From contig NW_008806274.1 in the NCBI RefSeq assembly GCF_000400465.1, positions 510,244 through 572,243 of the forward strand: a stretch of DNA of 62,000 nt, read 5' to 3'. The position numbers were made by a program, and so were the translations under genes. A model generated the notes under the pieces. It did no database searches. It was not told where the DNA came from and worked only from the letters and a program-made list of their open reading frames with translations. The stretch is from Wallemia ichthyophaga EXF-994 (lineage: Eukaryota; Fungi; Basidiomycota). This document shows positions 34,044 to 43,026 of the stretch, piece after piece; position 1 is the stretch's first letter; the number at the start of each line of letters is the position of its first letter.

Positions 34044-35608
34044 ATGGCGTCACCGAAATTATACACAACGATCCACGCGCTTAAGACAAAGATCGAGGTG
34101 CCGCTGGGGCTGTTTATCGACGGGGAGTTCAGGCGGGGAGGCGGTGCAGCCTTGTGAGTTGAAGTGGGTGGATAACGGCGATGTGCACGCTGACACGACG
34201 CAGCCACACGATAAACCCCGAGAACGAGCAGCCAGTGGTCGCAGATACCGTGCAAGCCGCGAGCAAGGCTGATGTCGATGCCGCAGTGAGCGCAGCCCGC
34301 CTAGCATACAACACGACATGGGGGCAGACAGTGGAAGGGAGTGAGCGATCGCGGCTAATGCGCAAGCTGGCCGACCTGATAGACCGTGATACATGCCTAC
34401 TCGCTGCGGTGGAAGCACTCGACGGCGGCAAGACGGTTACGTGGTGTGAGGGCGATATCGCCGACGCGTCTGCCTGTTTGCGCTACTATGCCGGTTGGGC
34501 TGACAAGATACACGGGCAGACACTCGAAGGACATGCGCCTACGAAGATGTCCTTCACCCTCCACGAGCCCGTCGGCGTCGTGGGGCAGATCGTACCGTTC
34601 AACTACCCGCTCATGATGGCAGGCTGGGCGATTGCGCCTGCGCTAGCAGTTGGCTGCTCTGTCGTATTCAAGCCGGCTGAGGCGACGCCGCTGTCCACGC
34701 TCCTCCTTGCGCAGCTGGTGCATGAGGCCGGCTTCCCAAAGGGTGTGTTCAACGTCGTCAACGGTAGCGGGCGCGAGACAGGCGCGGCGATTGCAGAGCA
34801 CCCCGATATCGACAAGGTATCTTTCACCGGTTCCACAGCTACTGGCCGCGGCATTGCCGTTGCTGCAGCGCGCTCCAATCTCAAGAAAGTGAGCTTGGAA
34901 CTTGGCGGAAAATCTCCCAGTCTCGTCTTTCCCTCTGCGGACATAGACGAGGCCGTCAAATGGAGTGCGTTTGGCGTGTTTGAAAACGCTGGACAAAGCT
35001 GCTCCGCCGGCACGCGTCTTCTCGTGCACGAAAGCGTATATGAGCAGTTCGTAAACAAGCTAGCACATGCGGCTGACGCGATAAAACTCGGCAGCGTACT
35101 CGATCGGTCCACGCAACAGGGACCACAGATCCACCGCGCACAGTTCGAAAAGGTCATGCAGTATATAGATATTGGTAAGGCAGAAGGTGCGCGCGTGGTT
35201 GCAGGTGGTACGCGTTACGGTGATACTGGCCTCTTTATCCGCCCGACCGTCTTTGCGGACGTACATAACGGCATGCGTATCGCGCAGGAGGAGATATTCG
35301 GACCCGTCGTTGTCGTGATTCCCTTCAAAAACGAAGACGAGGCGGTGGAAATGGCGAATGATACCTCTTACGGCCTCGCTGCGGCTATACACAGCAAGCA
35401 GGCAGATGAGGTGGGAAGGGTGATGCACCATCTCAAGGCGGGAACGGTTTGGGTTAATCAGTACACCATGCTCTCGCATAACACGCCTTTTGGTGGTTAT
35501 AAGCAGAGTGGGTGGGGCAGACAACTCGGCAGCTACGGACTCGACGCGTACATGAATGTGAAGGGCGTTAGCTGGAACTACGGCCCTGAGGCGGCGCCCA
35601 AGTTATGA
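34044..35608 (+). CDS. NAD-dependent aldehyde dehydrogenase, candidate betaine aldehyde dehydrogenase
   Basis: Exon 1 MASPKL...GGGAAF, intron 34154-34203; PFNYP, FTGSTATG, LELGGKSP, GQSCSAG (catalytic Cys), EEIFGPV, PFGGYKQSG; substrate inferred from the neighbouring gene only. Confidence 0.9.
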
Positions 35609-35743
35609 TGTGGTGGGTTTTCGAGTGGGCGATTTCGTAATTTTTGTAGTTTGTTTTGAATAGTGAGTAGTGAGTAGTGATTACTGTTTAGAGAGCAGCC
35701 TGTAGTATAAAAATCAAAGCGATAATTAGCAATACACTGTGTA

Positions 35744-35848
35744 CCTGAATCAGGCACACTCGAGGCACCCTGAGTGTTGAGCGAGTGCCTTGAGTGCCTT
35801 AGTGCTGGGTGCCTTGCCAGCGACGCCTCCGCCTCAGCCTCAACACTC
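35744..35848. other. palindrome-rich non-coding element (AGGCAC/GTGCCT cluster, 10-bp inverted repeat)
   Basis: cctga-a-tcagg; AGGCAC at 35752 and 35763; GTGCCT at 35785, 35794, 35809; GAGTGTTGAG 35772-35781 pairs with CTCAACACTC 35839-35848. Confidence 0.55.
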
Positions 35849-35993
35849 TAACCAACCACCAAATATTCCCGCACGACCACCGATCACCTGCACCAAGCTG
35901 AAGCGACACCGCTAGCGAAGAGAGCAGGGCAACGTGAAAAAATAAATAATAAAACTAATTCGTAAGCAGCGCACACCCAACGCAACACGCACA

Positions 35994-36302
35994 ATGACGC
36001 TCACAGGCGGCAGTACAGGAGCAGGAGCAGGAGCAGGAATGGGTCCAGGGATGCCCATGGATAATAGCGTGCACGGAGACGGCCGCTGCAACGTCTACCC
36101 CCTCTCTACAGATAGATTGGAGTGCCTGCCATCACCATCAAATGCGCAGGTAGCGGTGGCTGTCGTGCTCGGTGGACTCGCCGTCGTGGCATACACCGCC
36201 GTCGTCGCAGCCTTGCTGCTCGTCCGCAGGAGGGCGAGACTGGGCGAGAAGGAGCGCGAGCAGGAGTGTGAGTGCAAAGGCGTGGACGGGATAGTGGGGT
36301 AG
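35994..36302 (+). CDS. hypothetical 102-aa single-pass membrane protein
   Basis: ATG after an A-rich leader; Gly-rich N-terminus, two Cys, hydrophobic VAVAVVLGGLAVVAYTAVVAALLLV followed by RRRAR; no recognised family. Confidence 0.4.
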   Translation: MTLTGGSTGAGAGAGMGPGMPMDNSVHGDGRCNVYPLSTDRLECLPSPSNAQVAVAVVLGGLAVVAYTAVVAALLLVRRRARLGEKEREQECECKGVDGIVG

Positions 36303-36407
36303 TATATTCCATCAACAAGCAAGCCATCAACCAAATCAACGCTATCTATCTATCTATATGATACAAACGAAACAGGAAGCAATCCACACACTCACACTGA
36401 CTCCCAC

Positions 36408-38150
36408 TTACTCCATCGCAGCAAGGCGATAATCCGCGAGGTTGTGATGTTGAGACGGGGAAGGCGATCCAAAGAGGCGATCGCGCCCATTGAGGGATTT
36501 CGGAAAGGCGATGGTGTCACGAATAGAGGTTGTATCGCACATGAGAGCGATGAGCCTGTCGAGCCCGAGCGCAATACCAGCGTGAGGGGGGGCACCACTA
36601 GCTAGGGCTTGTAGGAGGTGACTGAATCTACCCACCTCCTTCTCGCTCAGACGTAAGACGTCTCTAAAAACACTCTCTTGTAAATCCGCCTCATGAATAC
36701 GCACACTGCCCCCACCGATTTCGCACCCGTTGAGTACGAGGTCGTAGTGCTGGCCGCGCACGCGCTCTGGGTTTGTGTGGAGGAGGTGCACGTCGTCTGC
36801 ATGTGGTGCTGTGAAAGGATGGTGAGTGGAGGCGTAACGCCCACGTGAGAGATGTGCTTTATCCTCATCCGCACGCGTGAAGAGCGGGAACTCGGTGATC
36901 CACGTGAAAGCATAGGGTGTGGTGTGGGGGAGGGCGAGGTGATCTGCAAGCGCCAGACGCAGTGCTCCCAGTGCAGTTCCCCCACCGTCGGGATACACCG
37001 GCGTATCTTCACACCACACCACATCCCCCTCTTGCAGGCCGAGCGAGGCGACCATCTGTGGTGTGGGCGGAGTAGGAGGGTGAGCAGCGTAGAATTCTGC
37101 GCTCACTCGCGAGGCTGTCTCTTTGTCCAGCGTGAGTGCTCGCGTCTGCATTTGAGTTTGCTTTACGCCACCACTACCTACACACTCACCTCCACCCTCA
37201 GCCACGCCGCGTATGGCCAAATCGAATCGCAGGTCGGGCTTGTCGGAGCCGTAAGTGTTCATGGCGTGCGTGTAGGACATGACGGGTATGCTTGGAATGT
37301 GGGTGTGCATATACCGCGCCCACAACTCCCCCACTAGCCCTTGGATAAGCTGGCGGATCTGCTCACCACCGATATTCCACCCGCGCGCGCACGAGTCAGG
37401 CGAGGCAGCACCATTGACATAGGCCATTTCAACATCCAGCTGGGTAAACTCAGGCTGCCTATCCTTCCTGCCATCCTCATCACGGAAACACCTAGCAATC
37501 TGGAAATAGGCGTCAGTGCAGCCAGAAGCAATGAGGAGCTGCTTGGGTTGCTGGGGCGATTGGGAGAGCGCGTAGAAGGAGGGAGTGTCGGAGGAGCGTG
37601 TGGGGACGAGGAACTCCCGCGCGCCTTCGGAAGAAGAGTTGAGGAGGATCGGAGTTTCGATCTCGGTGAAGCTGAGGGAGTGGAGGTGGGTGCGGATAGA
37701 GTGGGTGATCTGAGACCGGCGCTGGAGAGTTTGGGTGAGGCGCGTGCTGCGCAGGTCGAGATAGCGGTGCTTCAGCTTGAGATCGACGTCGGAGGAGCAA
37801 GTGGGGGAGAGAGGATTGAAAGGGAGTGAGCGGGCCGCGTTGAGCATGTCGAGGCGGTGCACGTCGAGCTCGATGCTGCCTGTCCTCAAATTGGAATTGG
37901 ACGAGTCACGGAGCTTCACTTGGCCAGAAACCTGGATAACTGAGTTTGTCGTAGTGTTTGGTGGGATTAAAGTATTTGGTGTGATTAGCTGTATAACACC
38001 GCTGTGATCTCTCAAGTCGATGAAAGATTTCGCCTTGTTCAGCCGTCGAATCGAGATCAAATGGCCAGCGAGGTTTACAGTGCTATTGAGATCATCAACA
38101 CCAACTAAACCACACAATTTTGATCTTTTGAATAAATTAGAGAGTGTCAT
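36408..38150 (-). CDS. MSD1: mitochondrial (bacterial-type) aspartyl-tRNA synthetase, intronless
   Basis: OB fold FIDLRDHSGVIQL, EIETPIL, EGAREFLVP, YFQIARCFRDEDGRKDRQPEFTQLDVEM, STHHPFTAP, GGGSVRIH, PPHAGIALGLDR. Confidence 0.93.
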   Translation of the reverse strand: MTLSNLFKRSKLCGLVGVDDLNSTVNLAGHLISIRRLNKAKSFIDLRDHSGVIQLITPNTLIPPNTTTNSVIQVSGQVKLRDSSNSNLRTGSIELDVHRLDMLNAARSLPFNPLSPTCSSDVDLKLKHRYLDLRSTRLTQTLQRRSQITHSIRTHLHSLSFTEIETPILLNSSSEGAREFLVPTRSSDTPSFYALSQSPQQPKQLLIASGCTDAYFQIARCFRDEDGRKDRQPEFTQLDVEMAYVNGAASPDSCARGWNIGGEQIRQLIQGLVGELWARYMHTHIPSIPVMSYTHAMNTYGSDKPDLRFDLAIRGVAEGGGECVGSGGVKQTQMQTRALTLDKETASRVSAEFYAAHPPTPPTPQMVASLGLQEGDVVWCEDTPVYPDGGGTALGALRLALADHLALPHTTPYAFTWITEFPLFTRADEDKAHLSRGRYASTHHPFTAPHADDVHLLHTNPERVRGQHYDLVLNGCEIGGGSVRIHEADLQESVFRDVLRLSEKEVGRFSHLLQALASGAPPHAGIALGLDRLIALMCDTTSIRDTIAFPKSLNGRDRLFGSPSPSQHHNLADYRLAAME

Positions 38151-38170
38151 GGTGGTTGTGGTACAAGCTT

Positions 38171-38550
38171 CTATTTCTTACGATTTCCACCTTTTCTACC
38201 GTTGAAAGATGCCCCAGATCTCGCCTGCTGGCGCTTGCGATGTCTGCCTACGTCTCGGCCGTGGGTTGAAACCTTTTTGTCGGTATTCGAATCGGTGTTG
38301 ATGGGCATCTCACCAGCACCCAGATCCTCTGCAAACTCAGGTCTATTGTCCTTAATAGCCTCGTCAGATGGCTGTGTGCTGGTCAGTCTACTGTTCAGCC
38401 TAGCCAGCCTCGCTTGATCCTTTATATGGTAATCTGAATCCTCCCTGCTACGCTTAGCAGATCTGTGCGCCTTTTTCACATTTGATCCTGTAAGCCTGGT
38501 TAAGTCTGAGCCACTTGATTGGGAAATAACCCACTCATGGATTTCGCCAT
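38171..38550 (-). CDS. small basic nucleolar protein (DUF2423/YBL028C-like)
   Basis: MAKSM|RSNVKKAHRSAKR...ARLARLNSRL after removing an early gtgggt...ttacag intron; basic C-terminus GRHRKRQQAR...GGNRKK. Confidence 0.7.
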
Positions 38551-38574
38551 CTTGGTTGTTCAACTCTAACCATC

Positions 38575-40410
38575 ATGGCAGATGAAAATAATCACATGGA
38601 CGAGAATAATAATAATAATTCTAAATTATGGCATTATATTAGGCGGGTGTTGTTTATATGGTTTGTTAGTAAATCCTTGAGTTATTTCATTGGTTTGGGT
38701 ATTGGCAATGGCAGCGTAACTAATCCACCTCCAATCACATCCCCCCATTCCCCGCTTACACCGAAACACGTTACCAGTCTCTGGGACACCCACACTAATA
38801 TGGATTTATACATTAAACTCAGCACACTCGATCACCCAGATATCACCAGCAACGACGACGACGACGAATCCACCCTCCCTCACCTTCTCTGGGAAAACAT
38901 CCACTACGGTGACTGGAACCTACACAGAGAAGCCACTCTAGATTTACACCTCCCTCCCAGCGTCACTCACCACAACCACTCCCTCTACGCTGATTTCTAT
39001 CTCTATAAACATGGCAGTCTTCTTAATAGCAGCGATAGTAATTTCGACCCTCTGTCTCTTGTTCACTCCCGTAAACCTCTCATTCGCTACCTTCCAAAGC
39101 AAAAAGAGCGTAAACAGGTCAATTTGTTGGAGGGTGATAGCGAGGTTGATAACACTGACGATGTCATTAATCAATCACAGCAATCAATACAACCTTTATA
39201 CACCCCTTACTACCATCCCTCTCTCCCCCTCAACATGATCCAAGACACCAGCATGAAAATTCCCTACACCTCATCCCCACCACCCACACGCTCTTACATC
39301 TCCTTAGACCCTTCAAACTCGTACCATTACCCCATCCTTTACCCAAACGACTTATGGCTCCTTCGCAGTCAGTTGATTGAAATTAACTCCACAACTACTT
39401 GCCTCCCCTTGACAATAACACTCGACTCTCTCACATTCTTCAAATTCAATCTCTACGCCAACATAAACGAGGGTATTGAGCGGAGTGCCCAGCAGCAAGG
39501 TACAGCAGGTGAACTTGACGAGTTTAAACGCATGATCCTCGAAACAAATCCTTACTTCCTCGCACTTACCATGTTAGTAACTCTCCTTCACACCCTCTTT
39601 GAATTCCTCGCTTTCAAAAGCGACGTCAGTCACTGGCGGGATGAGAATCACGACATGGTTGGTGTCTCACTCAACTCAATACTCGCAAATATAGCAGTCC
39701 AGCTGATTATCCTGCTTTATCTCCTCGACAACAACGACAATGCAAGCTGGACAATTATCGGTGGTCAGGGTGTAGGGCTGGTGATAGAGATGTGGAAGGT
39801 TACCAAGGCGGTAGATGTGGGTGTGATGCGTAGTGAAAACAGATGGTTACCTCACATCCGCTGGTCTGACAAGAAGCAACTCACCGCCGAAGAAAAGAAA
39901 TCACGCGAATATGACACCCTCGCTTTCAAATACGTCAGCTGGGTGATGATACCCATCCTACTCGCTTATACCATCTACTCCCTCCTCTACGACACACATA
40001 GAGGGTGGTACAGTTTCGTTGTATCTACACTCACATCCTTCGTCTACGCGTTCGGGTTCGTTCAGCTCATCCCACAACTCATTATCAATTACAAACTTAA
40101 AAGCGTTGCTCATATGCCAGGACGCGCTATGGTTTACAAAACACTATCGACCGTTATAGACGACTTGTTCTCGTTTATTATTAAGGTTTGTGTGGTTGCC
40201 GTAGTCTATCTATCTAACATCACCTCGCAGATGCCACTCCTTCATCGCCTCAGCTGCTTCAGAGACGACGTCGTGTTCATCATCTACCTCTACCAGCGTT
40301 GGATATACGCGGTGGATCCTGATAGATTGAATGAATATGGCCAGGCTACGGATGAGAAGGTGAACAAAGTGAATGGGGCGAGTAAGGTGGAGAGCAAGAA
40401 AGATCAATAG
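38575..40410 (+). CDS. CLPTM1-family membrane protein
   Basis: YPILYPNDLWLL, DEFKRMILETNPYFL, FEFLAFKSDVSHW, QLIINYKLKSVAHMP, YKTLSTVIDDLFSFIIK|MPLLHRLSCFRDDVVFIIYLYQRWIYAVD. Confidence 0.92.
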   Translation: MADENNHMDENNNNNSKLWHYIRRVLFIWFVSKSLSYFIGLGIGNGSVTNPPPITSPHSPLTPKHVTSLWDTHTNMDLYIKLSTLDHPDITSNDDDDESTLPHLLWENIHYGDWNLHREATLDLHLPPSVTHHNHSLYADFYLYKHGSLLNSSDSNFDPLSLVHSRKPLIRYLPKQKERKQVNLLEGDSEVDNTDDVINQSQQSIQPLYTPYYHPSLPLNMIQDTSMKIPYTSSPPPTRSYISLDPSNSYHYPILYPNDLWLLRSQLIEINSTTTCLPLTITLDSLTFFKFNLYANINEGIERSAQQQGTAGELDEFKRMILETNPYFLALTMLVTLLHTLFEFLAFKSDVSHWRDENHDMVGVSLNSILANIAVQLIILLYLLDNNDNASWTIIGGQGVGLVIEMWKVTKAVDVGVMRSENRWLPHIRWSDKKQLTAEEKKSREYDTLAFKYVSWVMIPILLAYTIYSLLYDTHRGWYSFVVSTLTSFVYAFGFVQLIPQLIINYKLKSVAHMPGRAMVYKTLSTVIDDLFSFIIKVCVVAVVYLSNITSQMPLLHRLSCFRDDVVFIIYLYQRWIYAVDPDRLNEYGQATDEKVNKVNGASKVESKKDQ

Positions 40411-40492
40411 ATGAATTTATTTATAGCAAGTATTTAATTAATTTGATTTGTTTAGTTTTTATTTTTTACTTTTACTTTCACGCCTCACTTTC

Positions 40493-40522
40493 ACGCGTCT
40501 CTTTGTCGCGTCTGTGTCGCGT
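40493..40522. promoter_or_regulatory. MCB-like cluster upstream of CDC6
   Basis: ACGCGT 40493-40498 plus TCGCGT at 40506 and 40517. Confidence 0.5.
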
Positions 40523-40730
40523 TCGCTTGTTTATCTCCAACGCCCAACTGCGAATAGCTGCACATTTGCACAGCTGCACACGTACACAGAAGAAGACATC
40601 CTGCCAGTCTCCACCTGTATCTACATATATCTGCATATATCTGCATATATCTGCTTCTATCTGCTTTAGAAGAAAAGCAATTGCTCAGCCACAGCCACGT
40701 AAACCCAGCGCACACAACGCACAACAAAAC

Positions 40731-42935
40731 ATGCCACTCAGAACATCACGCAGATTGCTCCACCTCGATCCACAATCCACCGAGGAGGATTTAGATCTGT
40801 TGGGGCTCGACAAGCAGCTCAATATTGTAACTCCGAGGAAGAATAATAGACGGCAGCCACATCCGCCCAACGGAGATACCACAGAGGAGGAGGATGAGGC
40901 TGTTAGTGATGCACATGCACATGCTGCTACTAATACTGCCACAATCACTCAACCATCTTCACAATCACCTTCTCCAAAACGGAAATATAGACAAAAACAG
41001 AGACACAGTCGTTCAGAAAATACACAACCTGGCACTGGTAATGACACTGGCAATGACACCACCACAGACACAGACACAGACGCACCTAATCTAATCAAGA
41101 AACAAATCACTCCAGAGAAGAAGAAACGTGGTGACAGTGTCAGCACTGCCAACAACACGCACACGCACACACGCACATTGCGTAACTCTCATTCAACTAC
41201 CTCAACTCAATCAACTCACCTCACTCACCCATCCACTCGCGCTGCTCTTGCTCGCGAGAGTACCTTTGGCGAGAACAGAGACACAAATAGAGACACAAAC
41301 AAAGACACAAACAGAGATAACTCAGGTGTCTTTAAAACACCCAGCAAAACACCAAAAACACCCTCCAGAACAACACGCAATTCCCTCAAAAAGCAGGACA
41401 CCTTCGATGAATACATCCAGCAGCCCAAGACGCTTTTCAAGGAGCTGGCGGGAAGTGTAGAGACGGAAACAGCGACTCACACTCCCTCTCACTCCCGCTC
41501 CACCCCTCTCCTGCGCCAAGACACACTCAACACGCTCAGCCAACCCAGCAACATATATGCAACAGCGCGCAACGCCATCCGCAGTATGAACGCAGCATCT
41601 GATAGTGACGAACTGGTTGGACGCGATGAGGAAATACGTACGATACGCAACTTTATCGATCCTGCCTCCCCACACTCCTCCCTATATGTCTCAGGACCGC
41701 CAGGAGGAGGTAAGACTGCAGCTGTGCGGTTGGTAACGCGTGGCATGCGCGCGCGATGGCTCAATTGCATGACTTATAGCGGGGATGGGCTGTTAGAAGA
41801 GGTGATGAGTGTGGGTGTGAGTATGGATAGGAAGAGCGATAAAGATAAAGACCAACCGAGGTGAGTTGAGTTGGATGCAAGCTAATATCCTACGCTAATT
41901 CTAATTCTAATTCTAACTTAACACAGACTGGTTATCCTTGACGAAATCGACACTCTCGCACACGAGCATCTCCTCAAGCTCTTCCAGCTCTTCCAGAATC
42001 AGAACTCGAGCCACACGAAGCTGATAGGGATAGCGAATGCACTTGATCTGACGAGCAACCAGCTGCAGAACCTAGCGCACCCACCAGTACATCTCCAAGT
42101 ACACGCGTACACCTCGGCGCAGTTGGCGGCGATAGTTGATGCGCGTCTTGGAGTATATCGCCAGCTGTTCATCTCCCAAGCGCTCGAGCTGCTTGGGCGG
42201 AAAGTGGGCGCGCAAACGGGGGACCTCCGTCAAGTGATTTCGGTGCTAACGCTTGCACTCGACAGTGTAGAGAAGGAGCAGCGGCGGAGTAAGGGAGTGG
42301 AGGGTGTATCTCAACTGACGTTGGAGGATGCCCCGCGTGTAACGATGCCTGTGATGCTAAAGAGCATCTCTGTGCGCGTCACCTCCGCCCAGAAAACCAG
42401 TCGCGGTGGCAAACTGGCTGGTCTCAATCTATATGCGCGCATCGCGCTGCTGTGCGTTATGCTCACTATGAAACGCAGATCTAAGCTCAGAAGCCGCGTC
42501 GGACTGTACGAACATTACTGCACCCTCCTGCGCACCCACTCCACTCTCAACCCGACAACCAAATCTGACTTTATTGATCTCGTCAATGTCCTCGTTAGCG
42601 CTAGTATCGTCGTCGAACTCGCTGCTCCGTTCGATCAGAATAGGAATGCTAGTGACGCCTTACTAGGCACTCCTAGCAAACGCGCTCGTAATAGAGCTGT
42701 TGCTGCTGCTAGCGAACCGGAATTCGGTTTGCAGTATAGCGAGCATGAACTCATACGCTTGTTGGGCGTCGCTGATGAACAGCATACCCTCGATGATCCT
42801 CTCCTCGAACAATTGAAACGTGTCTATTGGGGTGAGTGTAGACGTATCGATGCCGAAGCTGTAAGGTTGGAGTGGAGTAAGAGAACACCGCTTGGTGAGA
42901 ATAACAAAAATACACCAGTAGATGTTTTCGTTTAG
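40731..42935 (+). CDS. CDC6: Cdc6/Cdc18 replication-licensing AAA+ ATPase
   Basis: LVGRDEEIRTIRNF, SLYVSGPPGGGKT (Walker A), intron 41862-41927, VILDEID (Walker B), LIGIANALDLT, GDLRQ; N-terminus rich in TP CDK-type sites. Confidence 0.85.
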
Positions 42936-43026
42936 ATAGTATTATAGTATATCACATATATCGCATAACACATCAACTCATCAAGTCAAATCCATTTAAC
43001 ATTACATTCATTAATAGTTAATTGCT

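Noticed and set aside
35740-35850. TPP riboswitch (GGGTGCC, CTGAG fragments)
   Set aside because: Motif order and the conserved CUGAU...AUGCC..CGUAGG half are missing, and no thiamine gene is adjacent
33037-37829. Long antisense or alternate-frame ORFs (e.g. 33037-33585, 34603-35157, 36852-37337, 37341-37829)
   Set aside because: Shadows of GC-rich CDSs on the opposite strand; no recognisable motifs
32385-38150. Bacterial horizontally acquired island or mobile element
   Set aside because: The ALDH has a spliceosomal intron, the GC-rich block includes the core gene MSD1, and there are no transposase, terminal repeats or target duplications; HGT of the oxidase alone remains untested
41862-41927. 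(ctaatt)n repeat giving multiple branch-point motifs in the CDC6 intron
   Set aside because: Simple slippage; only one plausible acceptor, so no evident consequence
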